In this document: piece after piece, positions 16,124-28,128 of the stretch
Numbering within the stretch: position 1 is the stretch's first letter
Layout of the letters: each line of letters starts with the position of its first letter
Source of the DNA: Octopus vulgaris
Taxonomy: Eukaryota
Reading direction: 5' to 3'
Assembly: GCA_951406725.2 (NCBI GenBank)
Contig: OX597818.1
Span: forward strand, 141,298,001-141,362,000
Length of the DNA stretch: 64,000 nucleotides
Notes under the pieces: model-generated
Databases searched by the model: none
What the model was told of the DNA's origin: nothing
What the model saw: only the letters and a program-made list of their open reading frames with translations
Translations under genes and position numbers: made by a program

Positions 16124-16509
16124 TACTCTTTTTATTCTTTTACTTGTTTCAGTCATTTGACTGCGGCCATGCTGGAGCACCGCCTTTAGTCGAGCAACTC
16201 GACCCCGGGACTTATTCATTGTAAGCCCAGCACTTATTCTATCGGTCTCTTTTGCCGAACCGCTAAGTGACGGGGACATAAACACACCAGCATCGGTTGT
16301 CAAGCAATGCTAGGGAGACAAACAGAGACACACAAACACACATATATATATATATACATATATACGACAGGCTTCTTTCAGTTTCCGTCTACCAAATCCA
16401 CTCACATGGCTTTGGTCGGCCCGGGGCTATAGCAGAAGACACTTGCCCAAGATGCCACGCATGTGGTTGTTTAGCAAGCTACTTACCACACAGCCACTCC
16501 TGCGCCTAT
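16124..16509 (-). mobile_element. tRNA-derived SINE, family C, with internal microsatellite
   Basis: The minus-strand head is ATAGGCGCAGGAGTGGCTGTGTGGTAAG and the tail is GGCGGTGCTCCAGCATGGCCGCAGTCAAATGACTGAAACAAGTAAAAGA. Several copies occur in the window. Confidence 0.9.
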
Positions 16510-16688
16510 GTTTATTATTATTTTACTCATCGTTCATATATTGACTTTTCTTCCTTGTCTCGGTATTAAATTATTTGTTTGGTCACGCCCACGCGTTTTT
16601 TGTCACCACAGTGTGTCTATTTTTGTTGTACGAGTGTGCCGTTATGGTAATTATTATTATTATTGTTATTATTATTATTATTATTATT

Positions 16689-16958
16689 CAGTAGTTTTAT
16701 TTTTATAGCGTGCTTTCACTTCACTACCGAGCGCAGCTCTGTGTGCCTTGGGTATGTGCTGTGATTTGTTGTGATGCTCTGATGGTTATTGTATGGAAAG
16801 TGTTCTGCGTAGGATGTGTGCAGTGCCTAGTAGTGCAATTTTCTGTATGTTATATGTGTTTGTAAGTCCTGGTGTTTTTGTTATGTATTCAGACAAATAC
16901 ATAACAAAAACACCAGGACTTACAAACACATATAAAATACAGAAAATTGCACTACTAG
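16689..16958 (-). mobile_element. 3' end of an R4/Dong-like non-LTR retrotransposon with 5' inversion
   Basis: The minus strand encodes YITKTPGLTNTYNIQKIALLGTAHILRRTLSIQ*, the QKxxLLGTAxILR C-terminus typical of R4/Dong-type elements. A 3' UTR follows and abuts (TAA)n. Segments 16827-16889 and 16896-16958 are inverted copies. Confidence 0.75.
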
Positions 16959-17097
16959 ACTTTTCTTTTCTTCTATTGACTTTTCTTTCTTGTCTCGGTA
17001 TTAAATTATTTGTTTGTTCACGCCCACGCGTTTTTTGTCACCACAATGTGTCTATTTTTGTTGTACGAGTGTGCCGTTATGGTAATTATTATTATTA

Positions 17098-17137
<40 letters not shown>

Positions 17138-17182
17138 CATTATTACTATTATTGCTATTATTGCTACTGTTGTTGTTGTTGT

Positions 17183-17660
17183 TTCGGGGTCGTGTGTTAG
17201 AATGCCGTCGGGATCGACTTTGCCTTACGTATTTTCGGGTCGATAAAATAAGTTCTATCTGAGCATTCGGCTAGATATAATTCATTAGCCCTTCCCACCA
17301 AAGTTTCAAGGCTTGTACCAGGAAGAATCGTTAGTACGCCGCACATACTGCTTAATGACATTTCGTTCGTCTTTATGCTCTGAGTTCAAATTCAACCGGG
17401 GTCCACTTTTCCTATCCTCCTTTTGGGGTTAATTTCTTATTAATGTTGTTTTTAATGTTAGATCCCACTAGGAATATTAATAAAATGCTTAGCGGTATTT
17501 AGTCTGTCTTCCCGTTCTGGGTTCAAATTCCGCCGAGGTTAACCTTACATTTCATCTATTCGGGATCGATAAAATAAGTGCAGTTGAACACTGGGGCTGA
17601 TGTAATCGACTTACATCCACCACCCATCTGAAATTGCTGGCCTTGTGCCAAAATGTGAAA
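17183..17660 (+). mobile_element. cluster of degenerate family B SINE units
   Basis: Repeated GTTCAAATTC...TTTCATC...CGATAAAATAAGT motifs. Confidence 0.65.
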
Positions 17661-19148
17661 TCAATATTCTTCTTAGTATTGTTGTTTTTATTACTGTTGT
17701 TGTTTTTAATGTTACATTTTATTAATGATATTTTGCCCTTTTTTTTTAATTCTGTTATTCCAATTTTGATGTTTGCTTTTCGTTTCTCATTTCATTATGT
17801 TTGTTATTACATTAATTTCAAGGTTAATATATTACATCAAGTCACTTCTAGTTACCCAGTTTCTTTTTTCTTTTCAGTGTATATATCTCTTACCATCCTT
17901 TCTCACTTTTTAAATTACTCCATGCTCCAAGATTTCTAGGATCATACATGCCAGGTTTCTGCCCTAATGCACAATTATTTTTATTAGTTTTTCTCAGTAT
18001 TAGTCAATCCGTTTACAATGCATCCATGTAATAATCTAGCTATCTAGTTGTATGTTTATATATCTATCTATCATCTATCCCTACATATCTCTGCCTATCT
18101 CTCTAAATATTTCTATATATCAATACATGTATCTATCTATTTATTTCTGGGGGTTTTTCCCCACCTATCGATCTGTTATTCTCTGCTTGTTTGTTTCTTT
18201 CACATGACCTAGTGATATGCTTTTCCAAAACACTATCACTAAATGCAGCTTCTTCGTAGTTGGCTCCCCCTTTAATATTATTCCATCTCTGTGTTTTTCT
18301 CTACCCTTTTCTTTCTTTCTCTCTTTTCTTCTCTCAACCTTTTCATTACTGCCTATCCTCTTGCTAAATCTCTCCACAGCTATGCAATAGTGCCTTTCGT
18401 TTCGCGTTAATTGGACAGATATTTGGGTGTTTTGCGGCGAGAAGACGTGCAAAATAAACTTACACAACGACTTTTGGCTAATCACAAGAGCCACGGAATA
18501 TCTAATTATATTTAATATATTATACAGCTAAAAATGCAAGCTGAACATAATATGAACCAAATAAATATATTCTGGAAAACAAATAATGGAAAAAAAAAAA
18601 CATATTCAGAAAGCACAGTGGAAATAAAAAATAAGTAACAAAAAGCTGGAATTAGCTCAGAAGAAACCAGGCGGTAAAAACGCATCACTGTTGTGGCTTC
18701 ATTTTCCACGTTTCCCATGGCAACAAATTAACCAAATGTTTCGTATTTATATAGGTTTCTTCTTCTCTATTGTTAGACATTATTCGTGGTAAACAGAACT
18801 GGATTCTTCCTTTCTTCCATCTATTATTTCTTTCTACTTCTTCTCGTTGTTACTTTTCAATTCATTTCTTTTCTTCTCGTTGATTCATTTCTTCTCATTT
18901 CGTTGGTCATCATTCATTTATTATAAATCCACCGACCAACATCACCACCACCAACATCACCACCACCACCAACACCACCACCAACACTATCTTTTCTACT
19001 GATGAAATATTCTGACTTCTTTAAGAACCCTATTTGCACAGTCATTCTACATCTCGACACACTGGCATGCATGCACACATTCAATCAGACGCATACACAC
19101 GTACACACAATTCTACGCATATATAGCAATACAAATATAGATATGTAT

Positions 19149-19179
<31 letters not shown>

Positions 19180-19367
19180 CATACATACATACATACATGA
19201 ATATATAACTACATATACACACATGAATATATATAGACACACACATATGTGGATGTTTGTATTTGTATGTACGTATGCAAATAAATCTAGGCGTGTATGT
19301 GTTCATATACATATGTGTGTGTATGTTCATGTATGTATATGTATGTATGTAAGTATGTATATGTATA

Positions 19368-19439
<72 letters not shown>

Positions 19440-19989
19440 AAACATATACATGTTGTGTTTATATATCCACAAAATATATGAGTGTGTGCGTATATGTGTC
19501 ACAGTTTGCGCGTTCATTCACGCGTATATATTTAATAAAATGAATGTTGGTTTTATTATTTGGCATTTTTAGTTATTTCTGTTTAGTTTCATATACATTT
19601 CTTCATTCGGCTCTATCTACATTTCTATCAAATTTATACGAAAGCACACACGCCCATACAGACACAACCATACACATTCATATTCAAAGACATCATTCAC
19701 GCACACACGCGTATGCGTAAATGTGTTGTGAATGCGTATACGTTTGCTGTTTCATATTTCTTTATGTTGGCTGATTGATTAAAACAAATCACTAGAAATA
19801 TATTTTGCTGCTCTTAATATCTCGCAATAAGTCTGGTTAATATACTGGTGGGTACATTTCTATCAGCTTCTGTTAATCTCATAATCATCTATCTCCCCTG
19901 CACTGTGCATGCTAGTATTCTGTTTGCTGATCTACGCTTAGGCTCCACTATAAATTATATCCAAACGCTTTCGGGAATTTTATATTCAA

Positions 19990-20384
19990 CTAGCAGTATC
20001 GCCCGGCGTGGCTCGGGTTTGTAAGGGAAATAACTACAAAGCATTTTTAGAGAGTTATAGCCAAAAAATAGCAAAAAATGCATCAAAAATGAAAAGAAAA
20101 TTATGGTAATTCTTTTTTAAATCGTTGACTCATCGTAGACATTTTTAGAGAGTTATTTCCCTTATATAATAGAGAGAAAAATGCATTAAAATAGAAAAAA
20201 TGATGGTAAATTAGTTTTTAAATCGTAGACTCATCGTAGACGCGCGCTAATATCCAGAAGAGCTCGATATGAATCACGACTATAAGATACCCGGTTTTGG
20301 TTAAACTGCACCGCAAAATGTGGGAATAGTTAGGAATCTAAATCGTAGGAGACATACACACAACCATACTTTTATATATAAAGA
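19990..20384 (-). mobile_element. non-autonomous Helitron (complete ends)
   Basis: The minus strand begins TC (20384-20383) after an A and ends CTAG (19993-19990) before a T. A subterminal hairpin CCCGAGCCACGCCGGG lies 8 nt before the CTAG. There is no TSD, and an internal subrepeat is present (TTTTTAGAGAGTTA; GACTCATCGTAGAC). Confidence 0.8.
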
Positions 20385-20691
20385 TATATGCTACATGCAT
20401 CCTTTCAACGTGGTTATTTTTTTATTCTCCATTCTCCCGATAAGGCATTTTATATCTATGCGATATCTAACCTGTCTCAACTACAGAAACGTTTTCATTA
20501 CTGTTTGAGATGAAGGGAGACTTCCCGAAACGTCGGATTGTTCTTCAGCACAAGGCATACTAACTTGTCCAAATAGCTGAAATTTCACTGTATGTTTCTA
20601 ACTTAGAAGCCACATTTCCGTACAATCCGATTTTTTACATGCACACACACACAACTGCGTGCGCACGCAGACAAAGCGCATATACATTCAT

Positions 20692-20741
<50 letters not shown>

Positions 20742-20949
20742 AATATTAGGGAATAAATCCAAACTTACAGAGAAAAATCAGATTTAGGATTGAATCCAAT
20801 TTTATAGAAAAATATTATATAATATTAAATTAGAGACAAAACCACTATTAGGCAAATCAAACAATGGAAAACTTAAGCCAATACATATGATTAATTTATA
20901 TTATTTAAATATATAACAAAAGTATTAAAAGAATATATAATTAATATCA

Positions 20950-21014
20950 CACTACGATCGTTTCATGCCTGCTAACATCTTCAAAATTTTTGAGTCGCAG
21001 TCATTCATCAGGTG
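20950..21014 (-). ncRNA. putative type I hammerhead ribozyme
   Basis: Minus strand reads CAC-CTGATGA-ATGaCTGC...GCAGgCAT-GAAA-CGATCG-TA^GTG. Confidence 0.55.
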
Positions 21015-21258
21015 GTTTAAATATTTTTCTTGGCGAGGTTTAAACAATGAACTCATTGTGCGTGCGTTTGTCTAAGTGTGTGTGCATGTGATTGGGTATG
21101 CGTGTATGTGTGTGTTCTACCAATTTAATATTAAGAATAAATCGGGGAATATGTTGCTGCATAGTGGCGGATAGTATGATATCAACCAGCATTAGAATAT
21201 TTGGTTTATATAAAATTTTCGTAAAATGAATTTGCGTTCATATTTTCATCGTGTAGAT

Positions 21259-21580
21259 TGGGAGTCCTCAACCATTTTTGATCTATGCACTCATTTGATT
21301 GCTACTCTATTCTAGTCACTCGATATTTAAAAACTAGTTTTATGGAAACTTCCTTCAAAATTCATGTTTTGTTTTTCATACATGATTAACTTGTTGAACT
21401 TTGTATAATGTTAAAGAAACTTAGAAGCTTCTGGCAATATACACCAATACATACATCTAAAGCAAAATTTTATCAGAGATTCTTAAAATACTAATTGTGG
21501 ATCCCAAATTTACTATTTTGCTGCGCAGAACCCCCAAAATCTTATACAGACCCTCGGGGGACCCTGGTTGAGAACCACTA
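21259..21580. mobile_element. degenerate hAT (Charlie/MER5-like) MITE
   Basis: The ends GGGAGTCCTCAACC and GGTTGAGAACCACTA resemble inverted CAGTGGTTCTCAACC termini. Confidence 0.5.
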
Positions 21581-21714
21581 CTTTAGATAATGATATTATC
21601 CAGGCATTAATATTTTTGAGTAATTTCCGAAAGAGAAAAGAAAACTAAATGAAAATGAAGAATACTTCGATGGAAATATGCTTTTCTTCGAATTTATAAA
21701 ATATGGTTTTATTT

Positions 21715-21902
21715 TTTTATTCTTTTATATGTTTCAGTTAATTGACTACAGCCACGCTGGAACACCACCTTGAAGAGTTTTAGTGGAACAGATAAAACCC
21801 CAGGATATTTCTAAGTACTTATTCTAACGGTGTCTTTCCTAAGTTACGGGGACGTAAACTCACCAACACCGGTTTTCACGCGATAATGAGGGGACAAACA
21901 CA

Positions 21903-21985
<83 letters not shown>

Positions 21986-21992
21986 ACACACT

Positions 21993-22024
<32 letters not shown>

Positions 22025-22187
22025 CCACGGGTATCTTTCAGTTTGCGCCTACCAAATCCAATAACAAGGCTTTAGTCGGGCCGGAGCTATAAAAGAAGAC
22101 ACTTGCTCAAGGATCCACTCAGTGCGACTGAACCCGTAAATGTGATTGGGGAGCAAACTTCTTCTAACAAAGCTATATCTGCGCTTA
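21715..22187 (-). mobile_element. SINE family C, diverged copy with expanded (CA)n(TA)n
   Basis: Colinear with 16124-16509. Confidence 0.8.
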
Positions 22188-23231
22188 AAAGGGAAATTTA
22201 ATTTAATTCAATTTAGGTTTATAAACGGTAGAGCAATGAACGGACTTCAAAACGTAGTCACGGAGACGACTTATAAGACAATGTATTTTACCATGTAGAA
22301 CATTCCCTATGAGAAGATATTTCAATACAAACTACATAAGTGAATTCAGAGATTCTGTAGCTGAAATTCGAACAAAAATTCGTATCATTTAGTGAGGTTT
22401 GTAAATTCGAAATAGTTTCTCAACTATGAAAAAATAAATAATGATTCAGTGTTTTCTTTCTTTTTATCTTTCTAATGAAACCTTTCGTCTGCGAGAAACA
22501 CCTATCTCCATGCTATAGATACTTCTGTGATAAATATATTCTGCTGGCGGAGTGACGGAGACATCACAATTTTACTTCCTTTTTGATTATTTTTATTTGC
22601 ATGATTTTTCTGATGTGACGTCACACAAGAAATCAATTTTGAGATTCATGCAAAGTCAAGCATTTAATTTCACATAAAAGAACGGCATTCATTAAAATCA
22701 GTGAAATGGTTACAACCGGGAATCAACTTCTCAACTTGGAGTGGTTAGGGTTCAGCTCTTACTCTAGATGCACTTTACATTAATGGGAGAAAATATAGAC
22801 AATTAAAAATTTATTAAAAAAAATCTAAAGTGTTTTATAAAATTTTAACAGATCAATATATGTCAGTTTTATAGGATTTCTTTAATTAAGAAAATAATGA
22901 ACCATAGCCCCTTTTTTTCATATAGAAATACACGTCCACAGGGAACCAATTAAGCAGAGTTTGTCATTCCACCAGAGAACAAACGTAAATAACAACTTGT
23001 AGATACTTTTTTATTAAATTTTAAATATCAGATAAATATATTTATTTATGGCTTATTGATAATCGTTATATCTCCTTGGTAATTAAGATCAACATTGTCA
23101 TAGAATTAGCAGAGAAGCTCGTTATGTTGCTGTTGATTTCCATTTCCATTTCCTTCCAACCAATATTCGTGCGAAGGAGAGTCTGCTTTCGTGGATATGT
23201 ATGCGTGCGAGTATGTGCATGCATTTCTATA

Positions 23232-23282
<51 letters not shown>

Positions 23283-23285
<3 letters not shown>

Positions 23286-23480
23286 AATTAAGGACTGAAC
23301 ACGAAAAGTGGACAGTCAACATGCTAGATATAGACGTCAAATCGCCATTCTCCACAAAGATTATGTTCTCAAATATGTGCTGAGTTTTATTTGAGAACAT
23401 AATCTTTGTGGAGAATGGCGATTTGGCGTCTATATCTAGCATGTTGACTGTCCACTTTTGGTGTACAGTCCTTAATTGGT
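23283..23480. repeat. long near-perfect inverted repeat (93-bp arms, 12-nt spacer)
   Basis: 23283-23375 is the reverse complement of 23388-23480, with 3 mismatches by eye. Confidence 0.95.
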
Positions 23481-23568
23481 ATATATAAATATTTTAATCT
23501 TCGGATTCTTTTTAATATGCTAGACCACTGGTTTTATTTGATAAATATCAATTTCTACCCTTAATTAA

Positions 23569-23620
<52 letters not shown>

Positions 23621-24220
23621 ATGGGGGGTGTACGTGCGTGTATGTGTGTATGTATATGTGTGTGTATATGTGTGTGTGTGTATGCTTGTACAGGCGTCTT
23701 CCGATTTTGTTCTGTCGCGTGCTTTGACCTACATGTTCAACGGTTTATTTTCCAATACTTTTCAGGTGGTCTACTTCTCTATTTATGCATACAAGGAGTA
23801 AGCATAACTGTCTTCAACAAATTTACTTCTCCACCACGTAGCTCCAGATTCAACCCTACAACACGGCAGTTGGGGCAAGTGGTCTCCACGATAGTCTCGA
23901 ACTGACCAAGATTGTAACTAATATGCTGACAAGTAGAGACTAGTATCGAAATTCTTTTTGCAACAAAATTGCAATAACATTGGGGCACAGCTAGTACAAA
24001 TAATAATGAAATTTGCGTTTAATACACAAAATGATTAATGCAGTTTTTAGAGAATATATATTCGTACTTATATATATATATAGTAAATTTTATTTCCCAA
24101 TATAATGTGGCAGACCTGACTGGAACTATGTTATTACTTTTTAACTCCGGGAAAATATCTTTTCCAGCTAATTTATCGACACATGATCTGTGTCGTAGGC
24201 ATACTATTACTGTAAGCAAG

Positions 24221-24608
24221 GTGGAGGCGCAATGGCCCAGTGGTTAGGGAAGCAGACTCGCGGTCGTAGGATCGCGTTTTCGATTCCCAGACCGGGCGTT
24301 GTGAGTGTTTATTGAGCAAAAACACCTGAAAGCTCCACGAGGCTCCGGCAGGGGATGGTGGTGATCCCAGCTGTACTCTTTCACCACAACTTTCTCTCAC
24401 TCTTACTTCCTGTTTCTGTTGTACCTGTATTTCAAAGGGCCGGCCTTGTCACTCTCTGTGTCACGCTGAATATCCCCGAGAACTACGTTAAGGGTACACG
24501 TGTCTGTGGAGTGCTCAGCCACTTACACGTTAATTTCACGAGCAGGCTGTTCCGTTGATCGGATCAACCGGAACCCTCATCTTCGTAACCGACGGAGCGC
24601 TTCTATCC
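24221..24608 (+). mobile_element. tRNA-derived SINE, family A (full length)
   Basis: Near-identical to 3422-3811, with a 10-bp TSD ACTGTAAGCA (24209-24218 and 24609-24618). Confidence 0.9.
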
Positions 24609-25022
24609 ACTGTAAGCAGGGGAGCTCACCGTGCCCTTCTAAACATTGGCAGTACAAGCGCACTAATGATTTCTGGGCTTTTTCTCTTCCTCAGTTCAGG
24701 ACAACCGCTTCGCTAGATACAGCAGCCAGCCGAATTTACTTACAGTATACTTTTCAAAGCGACACTCATTCGTTGATCTCGTAAGGAGAAAAACTGTAGT
24801 AACAGTACCAGCTAATAAAGTTTATTTGCTAACATAACGTGACACTTGTGACTAGGAATATGTTGCTACTTTTTAACCCCAGGGAAGCATCTTTTCCAAC
24901 TGATTTATCGACACATGATCTGTGTCGTAGGTCTGTGTGCTAGAAATAAGAGCTCAGAGGCTGTAGTCGACGGGCACAAATGTGAACATATACATTTACA
25001 AGGACCTTAATCGTCCGAAAAT

Positions 25023-25073
25023 TCTTAATACTGATGTCAGTTTCGACAATTTCTGTTGCCTCATCAGTTACGA
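25023..25073 (-). ncRNA. putative type I hammerhead ribozyme (canonical core)
   Basis: Minus strand reads TCGTAA-CTGATGA-GGCAA(cagaaa)TTGTC-GAAA-CTG(acat)CAG-TA^TTAAGA. All three helices can form. Confidence 0.7.
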
Positions 25074-25116
25074 CTGGCTCGAAAGTTCGGCATTTTCAGG
25101 ACTTGTTTCTCTATTA

Positions 25117-25202
<86 letters not shown>

Positions 25203-25369
25203 TTTCGTCAACAACCTACATTGCAAGAAATAAGAGCTAAAATACTCTAATTCTGCAGTCAATACACATATATGTAAACATATACACTAACAGGGATCTT
25301 AATCGACTGGAAAATGCCGATCGATAATTCTGAATACTGACATCAGTTTCGGCAATTATATGTGTATAA

Positions 25370-25406
<37 letters not shown>

Positions 25407-25496
25407 TAAAGGGTGAAATATAATTAATTTAATAAAATCAACAAATTTCACCAAGTATTATTTCGGTATGGAAAAGGATCATATTCCGAAAAAGTT

Positions 25497-25611
25497 TATA
25501 TAATTATAACAATAAGGGTCTTTGCAACAAGTTGCTTGACCACATACCGAAAATTTTAGAAATAGCAGCGTCTATGTGGTCAAGCAACTTTTGCAAAGAC
25601 CCTTATTGTTA

Positions 25612-25621
<10 letters not shown>
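25497..25621. repeat. inverted repeat (~50-bp arms, 26-nt spacer)
   Basis: 25497-25546 is the reverse complement of 25573-25621, with a 1-nt indel. Confidence 0.9.
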
Positions 25622-25684
<63 letters not shown>

Positions 25685-25768
25685 AATTTATGGAATGAAG
25701 TCCCATAAAACTTAATAATTTAGTTAAAAATGGAGGAGACAAGTCGTTAAAATATATAAAATGTTTTA

Positions 25769-25875
25769 TTCTTGCAGACGATCGTTTCGTACAAGATTAT
25801 GATAATAATGTAAATCCATGATTAAATTAAATTAATTACATTAATTACATATCAACGTACTCTTCAGTACAGGAA
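25769..25875 (-). ncRNA. putative type I hammerhead ribozyme with long loop II
   Basis: Minus strand reads TTCCTGTA-CTGAAGA-GTAC(~63-nt AT-rich loop)GTAC-GAAA-CGATCG-TC^TGCAAGAA. Stem I pairs at 7 of 8 positions, including one G-U. Confidence 0.6.
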
Positions 25876-26524
25876 GTAAAACCCATAATGCAAAGAACTT
25901 GAGAAGGAATATAGCATAAAAATTGAACCTAGAAGATTCATAATTTTATCTGTGTTATTAAGAGATGTGAGTCATGTCGGATATATAACCATAAATAACG
26001 GCTACAACAGACATTTGATGTTATAAGTAAATAGGTATCATAGACGTTCCCTTTATAGATGAGTATTGAAATATCAGTCTATCAATTTACCTCAAATGAG
26101 AAATAGTCAAATCGTGTAAACCTATCTATAATGTAACTATTATGACTACTGGAAGCAGCTGTAAGCCAAATTTGCTCTAATAAAAGAACTATTTGTAATG
26201 ACCATTATTTTTAACTTATTTTTTATATATATTTATATTTATATGTAAGCTTTATGTATGTATGTACTAATTTATAGTATGGTCTACTAAAAGTCTCCGT
26301 CTAAAAATTTTACCAAACAATATAAAACATTACTGTCGACACGTAACGTCTTTCACACGAATAACAGAAGTTGCCTTATTAGAAATACTATTGTAACCAG
26401 GCACAACTTCAATTAAATCAATTCCCAGGCTCTATTTAATTTCTCACAAACACACAAACAAACACACGTACACATACACGCGCGCGTACATACATAGTTG
26501 TGCTCATTCATGTGTGTGGGTTTG

Positions 26525-26649
<125 letters not shown>

Positions 26650-27173
26650 TACACATACATATATGCATTATAGAAACTCTTTTTTAATTCCCTGTTTACT
26701 TAAACAGTAATGTATTTTCTAAGTTTTCTTTCTTATCTTATATACTTGGTAAACTTACTTCACACTTTATTACATTTACTTGTTTACTACAAGTTGCCAT
26801 CTGCTTAACTGATAAGATAATGAAGAGAGAAAATATCAATGAATCAATACAGAAATTAAGAATGTAGAAGAAGGGAAGAAACAAAGATATAACTGAGAAG
26901 GTAGGACATACTCACTCAGGAGTCACTGGTTTATATAGTATTATAGTCTCGTATACTTTCGTTCTATATTTTAGTCCGTATAAATAACACTGGAATTAAG
27001 TATGCGAGTTTACACAAATGCATGTAAACAGGAACCTATATATTTGTGTATGTACATTAGTATGTGTGTGTGTCTTTTTTGTGTGTGTTTACCTCCCCAC
27101 TCCACTTGATATATGGTGATGGTTTATTTATGTCCTCGTAAATTAGCGGTATGGATATATATATACATACACG

Positions 27174-27239
<66 letters not shown>

Positions 27240-27454
27240 TGAGGTAGCATGTGTGTAAACCCGCATAAGTTCTGAAGTTCTCCAAACTGGGAACATCCAT
27301 TATATATATTCCAGAGATAGTCTTAAACTCTTAAAATTTTCACTTGATGAGTAACGTGCCTTCTAGGAGCAGAAAACGCCTTTCCTGGGTTACGTGGAGA
27401 AGGAAGGTAATTCTTTGCGGGGTAACTTTCAGAAATTGATTGTCTCGTTTACAT

Positions 27455-28128
27455 CTACTGGTAAAAAAAATTATCACAATCTTATTGACTATGTGAAAGA
27501 GCAATAGTGGCTTCAAAAACAGTACTGTAATTAAAATTAATGAGCTACTGCAGTACCTTCCTGGAAGTCCTCACATCTTTAAGTCAGTTGATGCAATCCC
27601 AGATCCAGAAGAGGTGGTAAATTATCAAACGGAATTTCTCAACACACTGGAGCCTCCAAGACAACCTCCCCACTGATTGGAACTCCAGTAATGATATTGA
27701 AGAATTTGGATCCACCAGCATTCTACGGTGGGACACGCCTGGTGGTAAACAAGATAATACCACATGTTATCGAGGTCACCATTCTCTCTAGACGTGGAAA
27801 AGGAGGATGATTCATGCCCAGAATTCCTTTTCATTCAGAAGAGTGCAATTTCCTATTCGTATCACCTACGCAGTGTCTATCAATAAATTCAAGGGTCAAA
27901 CACTGCATGTGATAGAACTTCACTTGCAAGAGTCATGCTTTTCACACGAGCAATTAAATATTTGCTGTTCTAGAGTGGGAAGCAAAAAAATCTATTTGCA
28001 TTTGTTCCACAAGGGAAAACAAAGAATATTGTTGACCAAAAGGTTTTGTAGGAATCAATACATCCTACGATACCCTCCAGTATCCACTGTTCTTTGTGAA
28101 TGGTGATGATTGATACCATTTCGGCATA
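27455..28128 (+). pseudogene. Helitron RepHel remnant (PIF1-type helicase C-terminus plus a displaced N-terminal motif)
   Basis: The frameshifted translation gives LCERAIVASK / LPGSPHIFKSVD..NYQTEFLNTLEPP / VMILKNLDPP..GTRLVV..HVIE / RVQFPIRITYAVSINKFKGQTL..CFSHEQLNICCSRV / GKTKNIVDQKVL*, then SYDTLQYPLFFVNGDD*YH. Confidence 0.9.
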
